Assembly: GCA_045534025.1 (NCBI GenBank)
Contig: JAZSIW010000009.1
Span: forward strand, 1 to 40,000
Length of the DNA stretch: 40,000 nt
Origin: Eubacteriales bacterium
Lineage (GTDB): Bacteria > Bacillota > Clostridia > Oscillospirales > CAG-382
Direction: 5' to 3'
Shown here piece by piece: positions 15,806 through 25,100 of the stretch. Below the pieces are notes generated by a model. That model saw only the letters and a list, made by a program, of their open reading frames with translations. It did not search any database and was not told the DNA's origin. Position 1 is the first letter of the stretch, and each line of letters begins with the position of its first letter. Position numbers and translations under genes: made by a program.

Positions 15806-16729
15806 TTAATGAAGACCGGTGATGATAGCGGTAGCGTCAAGCTCCTCGATGATGGGGTCAAAGTCGAGGTGGGTTACATAGAAACGCTTATCAAGCATGA
15901 TAGCGTCCTTGCTTGCTGCGTCCTTGCGTATCTTTACTTCGTAGGTCTTAACGGATATAAGATTCTTAGGGTCGGTAAGAAGGATTATATCGTCGTCAAG
16001 AGAAGGGCAAGATACGGTGGGTATCTTTGCGGGAGCGCTGTAAACGGACTCGGGAACAGCGCCGCCTGCGTCGATAATCTTGTTAAGCAAATACTGTTCC
16101 CACTGCTGAGCTCTGCGAGGGGACATAATCCAACGGAGCTTGCCGTTGTTGTACTTGTTGGGAAGCGCTGCGAGTGCGCCATAGAAACAATCGAGGGTAA
16201 GGTCGCCGCCAATTTCTGCAGCGTTGAATACGTGACCGCCGTTTTTTATCTGTTTTACCCAACCATCGTTAATCTTGAGGAAGTCGTAGTCAGAGTCGGT
16301 GTCGGGTGTATCGGTGTCGCCGTTAAGCTGCAAGTCTTCCATGTCAAGACCGAGCTGAGTAGTCATAAGGTCGGTAATGGTAGCCTCAAGGTCCTCACCT
16401 TCAATGTTCTCACGCAGGGTTTCCTCGGTGATTTCCCAAGGAAGTCTTACTGCGGTAGTAGCGTACTCAACTGCGGAGAAGTTAACGGAAGCTCTGTGGC
16501 CGTCGTCAACATTCTCGGTCTTCTTTCTTACGATGCGGCTTGCGATGCCTATCTTGTCGATTTCGCCGGTCTTGGACTTGCGGATTTCGTGTCTGATAAG
16601 GCTGCCGAGGGTAGTGCTCTCAAATATCTGCTTGAGAAACTTTTTGGACTGTTCGGGGTTAAGCAAACCGCTTGTAACGGTTGCGGTAGAGATGGTTTCC
16701 TTTACAATCTGCTGATTAGTCATACTCAT
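15806..16729 (-). CDS. Major capsid protein
   Basis: 307 aa with a strong RBS AAAGGAGGAAAC. Located directly after the protease-scaffold gene. Composition is typical of major capsid proteins of Xkd-like phages. Confidence 0.8.
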   Translation of the reverse strand: MSMTNQQIVKETISTATVTSGLLNPEQSKKFLKQIFESTTLGSLIRHEIRKSKTGEIDKIGIASRIVRKKTENVDDGHRASVNFSAVEYATTAVRLPWEITEETLRENIEGEDLEATITDLMTTQLGLDMEDLQLNGDTDTPDTDSDYDFLKINDGWVKQIKNGGHVFNAAEIGGDLTLDCFYGALAALPNKYNNGKLRWIMSPRRAQQWEQYLLNKIIDAGGAVPESVYSAPAKIPTVSCPSLDDDIILLTDPKNLISVKTYEVKIRKDAASKDAIMLDKRFYVTHLDFDPIIEELDATAIITGLH

Positions 16730-16750
16730 TCTTGTTTCCTCCTTTTCAAA

Positions 16751-18055
16751 TTAAAGAATGCCTGTGAGATAATGCTTTTTGCTCTTATTAACGGGTGCGC
16801 CTTCACCGTCTATGTTGGTGGGTACACCGCGGCTTTTAAGGATAGGCTCGATAGCCTTGCTAACGGCGGTCTCAACCATCTTTGCGATGTCTTCGGGAGT
16901 AACCTCCTCAGCTTTAGGCTTGAGCGCCTTTGCTACAGCTTCCTCAACCATCTTTTCGATGTCGATAGCGGTGCCTTCCTTAAGCTCTGCCGTTTCTGCG
17001 GCAGGGGTGGTTTCTTCGGTCTTAGATACGGTAGCGGCTTCCATAGCCTTTGTTACCGCTTCCTCAACCATCTTTTCGATTTCTTGTTTAGTCATTTCGA
17101 CTTCAACCTCCTCTGTATTGTTTTCTGCGTCTGCGGGTGTGACTGCGGCAAGCAATTTGCCGAGTGCGTCATAAGCGGATTTAACCGATGCCAAATTCTT
17201 GGCGCTGAGCTGTTTGCCGGCTTTGGATATATATCCGTCGGCAAGGGATTTTGCGATGTTCTTCTTTGTAAGAAGATTGGTGATTATGCCCGAAAAGTCC
17301 TCAAGTGCTTCTCTTATCTTTTCTTCGTTTTCTTCGAATACCATATGTCCCTCGTATTGGTCGTAGCGGTAAAGGGTTTCTTCGAGTGAGTGAAAAGCGT
17401 TCCAAAAAGATGAAGCGAGAGAAGTTTTGTCAAACCTTTCAGCCATTTCTCCCTTTTCAACAACATCAAGCCCAAAAAGCCCGGCGAGCCTCTTAAACAA
17501 GCCTTTCTTTTCGGTTTCATCGGTTTCCGTCATTTTTACCTCTGTGGATTGCAAAGTAACATCCTCCTCGCTATATATGCCTACGCCGCCCATCGAAAAG
17601 CCTGTGATTTCGCCCTTCTCGACGGCGCTCCACACTTCTTTGTCGGCAACCTCAACCGTCATAAGCCACGTGCCTTTCTTTACGGTCTGCCCTTCGCACT
17701 CGAAGTCAGCCTTTGCTACCCAACTCTCAACGACGGAAGCGTTTTCCATCGCTTCAAAATTGTGCTGCAAATCTATGCCGGTGCCGTGCTTAGCAAAACC
17801 GTAAGCAGCCTTGGTTATTTCCTCCTCGGTCATATAGTTACCGTGAGCGTCCTCAACCATAGGCTCGTACACAATACCCGTAAGGTAGTGGTTTTCGGTG
17901 TCGGTCTTGACAATCCTGCCGTAAGTGGAGAATGTCGCCTCCCCGTCTTCCGCTTTCGTGATAAGGAATGCCTTTTTGTTGGCCGCCTTATCTACAAGAG
18001 ATACAAACGATATCTTTGCGTCTGTTATCTCAAAAGCCTTTTGCACATTTCTCAT
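16751..18055 (-). CDS. XkdF-like prohead serine protease fused to a scaffold-like C-terminal domain
   Basis: Start moved to ATG 18055 (RBS AAAGGAGGTGA). FVSLVDKAANKKAF motif matches XkdF-type proteases. The C-terminal third carries three helical repeats (EKMVEEAVTKAMEA / EKMVEEAVAKALKP / AKMVETAVSKAIEP). Confidence 0.75.
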   Translation of the reverse strand: MRNVQKAFEITDAKISFVSLVDKAANKKAFLITKAEDGEATFSTYGRIVKTDTENHYLTGIVYEPMVEDAHGNYMTEEEITKAAYGFAKHGTGIDLQHNFEAMENASVVESWVAKADFECEGQTVKKGTWLMTVEVADKEVWSAVEKGEITGFSMGGVGIYSEEDVTLQSTEVKMTETDETEKKGLFKRLAGLFGLDVVEKGEMAERFDKTSLASSFWNAFHSLEETLYRYDQYEGHMVFEENEEKIREALEDFSGIITNLLTKKNIAKSLADGYISKAGKQLSAKNLASVKSAYDALGKLLAAVTPADAENNTEEVEVEMTKQEIEKMVEEAVTKAMEAATVSKTEETTPAAETAELKEGTAIDIEKMVEEAVAKALKPKAEEVTPEDIAKMVETAVSKAIEPILKSRGVPTNIDGEGAPVNKSKKHYLTGIL

Positions 18056-18112
18056 TGTTTCACCTCCTTTCAATAGTGCATTAACTCTATAGCCGTCCAT
18101 TCGTTGAGGACA

Positions 18113-18137
18113 GCAAAAAAACGGCTACTTAGCCATC
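18113..18137 (-). terminator. Weak terminator-like hairpin after the head morphogenesis gene
   Basis: Minus strand reads AUGGCU-AAGU-AGCCGU (6 bp including one G-U) followed by UUUUUUU. Confidence 0.35.
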
Positions 18138-18172
18138 TTTTTTCGTGTAGGGGTATAAAAAAGGGTATGGCG

Positions 18173-19132
18173 TTATTCTATGCCCGCCTTAGCCCTGTTT
18201 TTAGCCTCAAGCTCCTTTATCCATTTGTCGTCCATATCTGCGACAATCTCAGCTTGTAGGCGTTTACGCTCCTTAAGGTCAAGCCCTAAGACTTCCTTCG
18301 AGACGATGCCTCGGTGAACACAATGACAATTGATGCTTTCGCCGGCCGGCAGGGAAGGGTCGCGGGGGTACATCGGGTAATAGGTACCGCCGTCGGCACC
18401 GTATAAGGTGAACGGCTTGTCTTTGGGAACAACTTGCCCGTTCATTCTTTGGTGGTTTTCCCTTGGCTCGTTTCTGTAAGACCCGGTGTGTACCCACTCT
18501 TTGCTTTCCGTTGCCGGGGATTGCTGTATGGCCTCCTCTTGAGCTACGCTATGTGCTCGTAGGCTCTCGGTGATAGCTGTGGTCCTCGCACGGTATCGCT
18601 CAGTCCTTATGCCGCTATCTTGTATATCCGTTATAAAGCCCTGTATACCCGTTCCGGCTTCAAGGTTTTTATTCAAGATACGTTCAATTTGTTCGTGGGA
18701 GGAAAGCTTCATTAAGCCGCTGAGTTCAGCACTCCAACTCTCCACCCAAGCGGTGGTCCTTTTGGATAAAGTGGAGCAAGTAAGCTCCTTATCCATCTGT
18801 TGGATATAAGGGGTTGCCAATTCGGGAAGATACTCGGCTAATTGCTCTTTGAATATCTCAGCAAGCTTTTCTGCGGCGCCGTCTGTGAGCTTAACGCCGG
18901 GCCATATCTTTTCAGCAAACTCCTCAAGGTCAACCGCCTCTCTCGCGGCCTTTAGAAAGTACTCTGTTTCACTCTCCAAAATATCGGTAACGGCGTCCTC
19001 AATATCGGAGGCCCACATTACCGTCTTTTTTGGCTCAACAAAGCCTTCGTCAGTAAGAGCGTCGATTAAATCGTCGTCCGCCTTTTGGATATAGGCGTCT
19101 ATCGCCTTAATAAGCCTTTCACAATGGCACAT
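18173..19132 (-). CDS. Head morphogenesis protein, SPP1 gp7 / Mu F-like
   Basis: 319 aa. RARTTAITESLRAHS...NHQRMNGQVV...INCHCV matches the conserved gp7-family C-terminal pattern. Located directly after the portal gene. Confidence 0.8.
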   Translation of the reverse strand: MCHCERLIKAIDAYIQKADDDLIDALTDEGFVEPKKTVMWASDIEDAVTDILESETEYFLKAAREAVDLEEFAEKIWPGVKLTDGAAEKLAEIFKEQLAEYLPELATPYIQQMDKELTCSTLSKRTTAWVESWSAELSGLMKLSSHEQIERILNKNLEAGTGIQGFITDIQDSGIRTERYRARTTAITESLRAHSVAQEEAIQQSPATESKEWVHTGSYRNEPRENHQRMNGQVVPKDKPFTLYGADGGTYYPMYPRDPSLPAGESINCHCVHRGIVSKEVLGLDLKERKRLQAEIVADMDDKWIKELEAKNRAKAGIE

Positions 19133-19133
19133 A

Positions 19134-20711
19134 TCACTTGCCCTCCTCCCTCATTTTCAAGAGCAAGGAGCGTACTTCCTTCATAACGGCTACAACGCTG
19201 TCGTCCTTTGCTGCCGCCGCTTTTGCTATCTTTTTTTCAAGCTGTCCCACAACCATAGGCATAGACATATTCTGAGCCGCATTTTGAGCGTTTGCAACCA
19301 CGAGAGGCGTGTTGCCCCATTCGCCTTCAAACTCCTCAAAATCATCGCCAAGTGCGGAATATGCAATCTCCTTGGCCTTGTTGGGCGTGAGTCCGCCCGC
19401 CTTCTCCGCTATGGTAAGTATCTTGAACATATCGTCGGGGTTGGTTGTCTTCGGCTCCTTGAAGTACACCTCTACAAAACGGAAATTGTAACCGTTAAGC
19501 AAGCGGTTGTTGATAATCCACGCAAGGCTTTTGCGCTCCGGTTGGAATACTTGCTTCTCGGTTATCTCTTGCGCCGTCTGTGCTGTGGCACGGTTAAAGT
19601 CCGTTGTATAGCCTACATAGAGGTCGGGAAGGTTGAAAGCGGATTGGGCTCTGCGGCGGTTGTTGTCCAAATACTCTTGGAACAGTTCGTCCTTTTGCAA
19701 AATAGAGGCGAGGTCTTTTATCTCTACCTCTGCGGGCTTTTCTCCCTCGAATACCGCTGCGTTATCTGAGCTCTCTGTTTCAAGCACTATAAAAGCGTGT
19801 TGCCCTGCTTCGCCCTTGATGTCGTTCATATACTCGGTCAGCTTGGTGAACGAGTCCTCGGTGAGCGTGCCGCCTTTAAGAATTATCATCAGAGGCGTAT
19901 GCCTGCCGTTGCGGAAATAGTTGTTGTTAAGCTCCTCTGCACGTCGGCTCCCGTCTACGCCGAGTATCTGACCCGCCCATCGCACTTCTCCGTAAGGCTC
20001 GGTGCCTAACGCAAACTCCAACAGTTCGTTGGCTTGGTCTTTGAGGTCTAATTTTTCGCCGTCTGCAAGGTAATCGCCGCTATACTTATTCATAATACGG
20101 GGGTCGCCAAACTCCTTGAAATAGACGGTTTTGCTGCCTACCGTTTGGCGATATTTACGGAATTTGCGGTCGCGCTTCACTACCTTGCCCTTGTAGTTAA
20201 ACTCGGTGCTTATATAAGGCTCTAACAAGCGGGTCTTTTGTACCGACGGGATATCCTTTACGTACTCGATTTGCGCGACGTTCCCCTCAAGGTTGCGTAT
20301 GCACTCAAGGTACGCTATGCCGTAGGTTTCCCTGCCATCTATAATGTCCTTGAATATCTCCGTAGCGTCGCAATCGTAGTTAAGGAGGTCTATAATCTCC
20401 TCCGCCTGTGCGTACTCTGCCGCCATTTCGGAGGTTTCTTCTTCATCGACCTTATACCTCAAGCCGATGCCGAAGCCTGCTATGTTGTTTTTGTACGCTC
20501 TGATGCATTGAGGCAGAATGGAGGAGTTAAGCACAAACTTCTTCAAGCCTTGCAATTCAAAGTCGGGCGTTATCCATTCAGATGCCGACACAGCGGTTGC
20601 GCTGTCAAACTGCTCCGTTTTGTCTGATTTAAGCAAAGGTTGAGGGGCGGCGGCTCCTTTGATTATCTTAACCTCGTAGCCGGGCCTTTTCTTTAACGTC
20701 GCTTCCATCAC
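19134..20711 (-). CDS. Portal protein
   Basis: 525 aa. ATGA overlap with terL. Its position between terL and the gp7-like gene and its size are typical of portals. Confidence 0.8.
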   Translation of the reverse strand: MMEATLKKRPGYEVKIIKGAAAPQPLLKSDKTEQFDSATAVSASEWITPDFELQGLKKFVLNSSILPQCIRAYKNNIAGFGIGLRYKVDEEETSEMAAEYAQAEEIIDLLNYDCDATEIFKDIIDGRETYGIAYLECIRNLEGNVAQIEYVKDIPSVQKTRLLEPYISTEFNYKGKVVKRDRKFRKYRQTVGSKTVYFKEFGDPRIMNKYSGDYLADGEKLDLKDQANELLEFALGTEPYGEVRWAGQILGVDGSRRAEELNNNYFRNGRHTPLMIILKGGTLTEDSFTKLTEYMNDIKGEAGQHAFIVLETESSDNAAVFEGEKPAEVEIKDLASILQKDELFQEYLDNNRRRAQSAFNLPDLYVGYTTDFNRATAQTAQEITEKQVFQPERKSLAWIINNRLLNGYNFRFVEVYFKEPKTTNPDDMFKILTIAEKAGGLTPNKAKEIAYSALGDDFEEFEGEWGNTPLVVANAQNAAQNMSMPMVVGQLEKKIAKAAAAKDDSVVAVMKEVRSLLLKMREEGK

Positions 20712-22111
20712 TTCTTATCCCCTTTCTTTATTTCGTTTTTTATAGGGACGCATAACAAAAGAACGCAATCCGCCTCGTCGGGTGAAGGCAAATCGCGTTT
20801 CTTCATATCGTCTTTACTCTCTATTCGGATTTTGCTGTTTTCGGTAAGCCTATACTTTCTGCCCGAAAGTTGAGCTACCAAGTCATCGTCGTCCGGTAAT
20901 ATAAGCTCTACCGGTTTTGGCTTTCTTTCCTCGTCAAAAGGGGAAAGCAGGCTTTTAACCGTAGCCATCATATACGATGTGCTGTCGTGGTAATGTTTGT
21001 GCTTGATGCGCTGCCCAAATTTAATCGGCACTATGTTCATTTGTGTGAGGTTATCCGGGGCGTTTCTCTTTAGCTGTCTTAGCCTATCTACAACGCCACC
21101 GCCTACGCCGCCGTCGTCCACGCATACTGTAACGGCTCCTTTGTAGCCGGGGTAGCGCTTCAATAGGTCATAGTACAGTAACACTATATCGTCCGCCGTT
21201 TTCATTGTGTCTTGGCCGTGGCGCTTCTTATCAAGCGTTACCTTTTCGTCTACCTTGGAGCCTATTATAGTCTTATCGTCGCCAAATCTCGCAACGTCGC
21301 ACCCTATACGGATTGAATGTGGTACCGCCGCCGGTGTGTACTCTGTCATTATGGAGCGCTCAACAAGCGTTATCGGTATGAATACATCTGAGTTGCTAAG
21401 AGGAAAATCCCCCGCAACACGTACTCGGAATACGTCGCTATCCTCTCCGTACATTCGGATTATGGTGTCAATAAACTCTTGAGATACACGGCTGCTTTTC
21501 CTGCCGTCTATGTGGAATGTCTTGTATGACGCTCTGTTTTTGTTGTGGCTGTCGTAAAAGAAGCCGGAAAGCTGTGTAGGGTTTCCACACATTAAAAGCC
21601 TTGCGCCGGGCGTTGATAATGCACCAAGCACCGGCTCGAATATGTTATCTCTTACGCCGCTTGCTTCGTCGATGATGTAGAGAATATCGTCTGCGTGAAA
21701 GCCCTGTAAGGCGTCCGGCTTTGTTGCCGTTCTTGCTACCGCAAACCATTCCTCGGAATACCCCTTGAGGTATACTTTCTCACGGGTCCATACAAATTCT
21801 TTTTCAAGCGCCGGCGATTGCCTTAACCACTTGCTTACCTCCGCCCAAAGTATATCGAACAACTGATGCTGCGTCGGTGCCGTGCATGCTATTTTTGGGA
21901 ACGGCCTTGTAGACATAAACCATATAAGGGCCCACGCCTCAACAGCGCTCTTGCCTATACCGTGTCCGCTTCGTACCGATGTCATTGTGTTGTCGGCAAC
22001 ACTTTGCAGTATCTCCGCTTGCTGCGGGTCGGGCTTAATGCCTATGAGGTCTTCTACGAAATGAACGGGATTTTTAGCATAATACAGTATGGCGTCTTGA
22101 CTCAAACTCAT
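20708..22111 (-). CDS. terL: Terminase large subunit
   Basis: 467 aa. Walker A SGHGIGKS, Walker B ILYIIDEASG, and a C-terminal nuclease-like region. ATGA overlap with terS. Confidence 0.9.
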   Translation of the reverse strand: MSLSQDAILYYAKNPVHFVEDLIGIKPDPQQAEILQSVADNTMTSVRSGHGIGKSAVEAWALIWFMSTRPFPKIACTAPTQHQLFDILWAEVSKWLRQSPALEKEFVWTREKVYLKGYSEEWFAVARTATKPDALQGFHADDILYIIDEASGVRDNIFEPVLGALSTPGARLLMCGNPTQLSGFFYDSHNKNRASYKTFHIDGRKSSRVSQEFIDTIIRMYGEDSDVFRVRVAGDFPLSNSDVFIPITLVERSIMTEYTPAAVPHSIRIGCDVARFGDDKTIIGSKVDEKVTLDKKRHGQDTMKTADDIVLLYYDLLKRYPGYKGAVTVCVDDGGVGGGVVDRLRQLKRNAPDNLTQMNIVPIKFGQRIKHKHYHDSTSYMMATVKSLLSPFDEERKPKPVELILPDDDDLVAQLSGRKYRLTENSKIRIESKDDMKKRDLPSPDEADCVLLLCVPIKNEIKKGDKK

Positions 22112-22614
22112 TCGCCGTCCCCCTCCATTCTGTTTTTATATGCTGAAATAATGGTGTCAGCGAGGGATGCAGTTTGTCCGGGGCCGTTTTCGCCAAAGTC
22201 GGATATGCTCTCCTGCCTTGTTTCCTTTTCGAGCTTTGTTCCCAACGAAAGAAAGCGGGCTATATCTTTTGCCGACAAATACTTCAAACTGTCGAGGGCT
22301 TTTACCGCCTTTTTCTGCAAAAGCATCGCCGTTTGTATCTGCCTGTCTTGCATCTTTTTGATGGCGAGTTTCTTTTCTTCAAACTCTTGACGGCGCAAAT
22401 CGTTCTCGTAATCACGAACACGCTTCGGCCATTCCCACATACTGCTCCATCTGCCTATGAGTGCGTGGGATTTGTTCAACTGCTGTTCAACTTTTCGTAA
22501 AGTGCGCTCCCCGCCCATTTGGAGATACAAGTAAAAAGCTTCATAAGCCTGTGCGCTTTCGTTTGGCTGACGTTCCCAAGACAACAAATTCTTGCTCCCT
22601 TTAGCCTTTGCCAT
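22108..22614 (-). CDS. terS: Terminase small subunit
   Basis: 168 aa. N-terminal ESAQAYEAFYLYLQMGGERTLRKVEQQLNKSHALIGRWSSMWEWPKRV pattern (HTH) is common in Firmicutes phage small terminases. Located directly upstream of terL. Confidence 0.7.
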   Translation of the reverse strand: MAKAKGSKNLLSWERQPNESAQAYEAFYLYLQMGGERTLRKVEQQLNKSHALIGRWSSMWEWPKRVRDYENDLRRQEFEEKKLAIKKMQDRQIQTAMLLQKKAVKALDSLKYLSAKDIARFLSLGTKLEKETRQESISDFGENGPGQTASLADTIISAYKNRMEGDGE

Positions 22615-23905
22615 TATCCTCCTCTCCTTTTAGGGCGTATTTATAAACTATGTCGCCGTTTTCGTCTCTGCCAACGGGTCTGAGTATTCCTCCGTACCCT
22701 TTTGCCGGGCTTGTACCCTTGTTGGGGCTGTTCCAATTATCCCTAAGAAACTGCGACATTGTTGTATCATAATTTAACGCACGGTTTTTGTTGTTTCCCG
22801 TGTTGTAGCCTGCGGCTCCGACCCAGGGGAATGAAAAATATTTGTCGATGTTTTCTGAAATATCGGGCCATCGCACCTCTCCGTTTTCTCTTGCTGTTAT
22901 AATCGCTTGACCGAGGTTTCCCGTTTGGCTTACGTCCCATTCCGGTGGTACGCCGCAACAGTTACAAGCATCGTTGCATTCACGGCAAAAAGCGTCGCTA
23001 ACGTGGAAACGCATACCGAGGCTGTGGACGTATTCCCTCATATCGTGGATAATCGGTGCCTTTATGCCTCGGTTAAGCCTCTTGTAGCCATGTTGGGTGC
23101 TATTCTCCATATAGTATTTGTGTATGTCAAAACCACAAATCTTGCTCATTTCAGCGTATCGCTTCTTGAGGTTTTCGTCGGCTCTTGCTTCCATACAGAA
23201 AAACTCTGTCGTAACACTGTCGGCTCCGGCTTCGTGTGCCATTGATATAAGCTTCTTGTAATCCGAGGAAACTCCGAGGATAAACGGTCTAAGGCGTAGT
23301 GTTACGTGTATACCGATGTCTGAAAGCCTCTTTATTGCGGCTATCCTTTCTTCCGGTGAGGGCACGCCCTTTTCTATCCTTCGTGCCTTTTCTTTGTCTG
23401 CGGTTATTATGGAGATTTTAACGTGCCAATTATGGGTGTGTCTCTTGAACAGCTCCATATATCTTTCGTCGGCCGTCCACCAAGCAGCTTTTGTGCTAAA
23501 AGAAAGCGGGTAGTCTATTTTGTCGAAATACTTAAGAAGCTCCAACGTAACACCGTATCTACGCTCCCATTCGTCAAATTCGTCCGCAAGCCCTCCCCAT
23601 TGCATTATCCTGCGATTTTGGATATATGGGAAGAATTGTTGTTCCGTCTTAGTTACTCCCTCGGTATTGTTCAGCATAGCATTCTCAAATAAATTTATAA
23701 CCTTTTGAGGGTTTATGCAACGAGGTGCGCCGCCGCCTCCTATATAACCGTTTAATGTATGGCTTTTTTGGAAATAAGAAAAACAGTAAAGGCAGTTGTA
23801 AGCGCATTTGCTGTATGTGTCGAGGCTCATGGGCATCGAGCAATCGGGGATTTCCATGCTCCACCTTGGTGAGCTATAGTTTTGCTTTAATTGCTTTTCG
23901 TCCAT
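22601..23905 (-). CDS. Radical SAM enzyme, SplB/COG1533-like, 434 aa
   Basis: Start set to ATG 23905 (RBS TAGGAG overlapping the upstream stop). CX3CX2C cluster CAYNCLYC near the N-terminus and a C-terminal Cys cluster CRECNDACNCC. The 3' end overlaps the terS start by 14 nt. Confidence 0.8.
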   Translation of the reverse strand: MDEKQLKQNYSSPRWSMEIPDCSMPMSLDTYSKCAYNCLYCFSYFQKSHTLNGYIGGGGAPRCINPQKVINLFENAMLNNTEGVTKTEQQFFPYIQNRRIMQWGGLADEFDEWERRYGVTLELLKYFDKIDYPLSFSTKAAWWTADERYMELFKRHTHNWHVKISIITADKEKARRIEKGVPSPEERIAAIKRLSDIGIHVTLRLRPFILGVSSDYKKLISMAHEAGADSVTTEFFCMEARADENLKKRYAEMSKICGFDIHKYYMENSTQHGYKRLNRGIKAPIIHDMREYVHSLGMRFHVSDAFCRECNDACNCCGVPPEWDVSQTGNLGQAIITARENGEVRWPDISENIDKYFSFPWVGAAGYNTGNNKNRALNYDTTMSQFLRDNWNSPNKGTSPAKGYGGILRPVGRDENGDIVYKYALKGEEDNGKG

Positions 23906-23916
23906 GCTTTTTTCTC

Positions 23917-24501
23917 CTATTCGTCTATTCTTATAACTGTTGTTTGCGAACCTTCTTTTATCTGCCCGGTGAAGCCTTCGTCTTCGGCCCACCTCTCTGC
24001 ATAGAAGCTGTTTTCAAATACAAGGGTTACAACATAGCTGCCGCCTAAGATTTCTCCCTCGTATTCATCGTCCCACTCACCAAAGTCTGAGTCGTCTATG
24101 AGGTCCGAATTGTTGGCAAGTATAACGGCTATTTCGTCTTCCGAAAAGCCCGAAAGCGCTGCCACTTCGTAATCGAAGTCTTTTAATATCGCTTCCAACT
24201 TTTCGTAGTCCCATTGCCCCTTGATTTTGTTAAGCGCTACATTAAGCAGCTTTTCGTCTGTTTCGTCGAGGTCAACAACAGAGCAAGGGATTGTGTCGTA
24301 TCCTAAATGTTTCATAACGGCAAGGCGCTGATGGCCGCCTACTACGTTGCCCGTTCTTTTGTTCCAAACAATAGGCACCACATACCCTATTTCGGTGATG
24401 CTCCTTTCGAGCTTTTCCCACTCCGGCATCCCCGGTGCCAATTCTACACGGGGATTGTAAGGTGCTGCGTTAAGCTGCGCTATCTTAATTTCCTGTACCA
24501 T
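23917..24501 (-). CDS. ParB/Srx N-terminal domain protein (paralogue 2) with acidic linker and small C-terminal domain
   Basis: 194 aa. APYNPRV...VPIVWNKRTGNVVGGHQRLAV (ParBc-type core), then LNVALNKIKGQWDYEKLEAIL, an acidic stretch, and C-terminal YVVTLVFENSFYAERWAEDEGF. RBS GGAGGGG. Confidence 0.75.
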   Translation of the reverse strand: MVQEIKIAQLNAAPYNPRVELAPGMPEWEKLERSITEIGYVVPIVWNKRTGNVVGGHQRLAVMKHLGYDTIPCSVVDLDETDEKLLNVALNKIKGQWDYEKLEAILKDFDYEVAALSGFSEDEIAVILANNSDLIDDSDFGEWDDEYEGEILGGSYVVTLVFENSFYAERWAEDEGFTGQIKEGSQTTVIRIDE

Positions 24502-25099
24502 ACTCTGTCCCCTCCATCTTGATTGTTATGTTTCGGGCTGCGTCTTTGTATTCCGCCTCTACTCCTCTGTCTGTAAGCCACTTTTCGGCGGCTTCCTTTG
24601 TAGGAAAAGAAATAAACACGTGGAACGGCTTTTGACGCTCTACCGGCTCCGTTTCTTCGTCCGCGTCGTCGTCCGTTTCCTCGTAGTCATCCGTGTCGTA
24701 TTCTTCTTCACCGAACATACTTAAAAGTTCCTCCGCTGTAAAGCCGGTGTATTGTATGTCGTCGGCGTCTATTTCGTCAAAAAGCTCCTCCAATTTCTTG
24801 TAGTCCCATTCGCCGTCTATCTTGTTGATAGCGATATTAAGGAGCTTTTCTTGTTCTTCATCAACTTCTATAAGCACCACTTCCGCCTCCGTTTTTCCCT
24901 TATCTTTTAACACGGTGAGGCGTTGGTGCCCGCTTACGAGGTTTCCGGTGGTTTTGTTAAGCACTAAAGGCTCCACCAAATCAAATCGGTCAAGGCTGTT
25001 TTTCAAAGCCTCGTATTCGTCGTCGCCCGGTTTCAAAGCCTTTCGGGGGTTATAATCTGCCGGGCGGATATCTTCGAGTTTCATTATGGCGGTTTCCAT
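24485..25099 (-). CDS. ParB/Srx N-terminal domain protein (paralogue 1) with acidic linker and small C-terminal domain
   Basis: 204 aa. ADYNPRK...EPLVLNKTTGNLVSGHQRLTV, then LNIAINKIDGEWDYKKLEELF, the acidic run EYDTDDYEETDDDADEETE, and C-terminal FHVFISFPTKEAAEKWLTDRG. Confidence 0.75.
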   Translation of the reverse strand: METAIMKLEDIRPADYNPRKALKPGDDEYEALKNSLDRFDLVEPLVLNKTTGNLVSGHQRLTVLKDKGKTEAEVVLIEVDEEQEKLLNIAINKIDGEWDYKKLEELFDEIDADDIQYTGFTAEELLSMFGEEEYDTDDYEETDDDADEETEPVERQKPFHVFISFPTKEAAEKWLTDRGVEAEYKDAARNITIKMEGTEYGTGN

Positions 25100-25100
25100 A

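Noticed and set aside
15809-17389. 526-aa plus-strand ORF, the longest plus-strand ORF in the window
   Set aside because: It lies antisense to the well-supported capsid and protease-scaffold genes. Its sequence is Cys/Phe/Leu/Gly-rich and low-complexity, it has no RBS, and no motif is recognisable. This is a typical shadow ORF of the minus-strand codon bias.
23906-23992. Longer start (MGRRRRLHRADKRR...) for the large radical SAM gene, and similar upstream starts for the genes at 33734, 33163, 34617, 38036, 38449 and 18100
   Set aside because: In each case the extension overlaps the preceding gene and lacks an RBS. An internal ATG with a GGAGG-type RBS, often in an ATGA overlap, is available instead.
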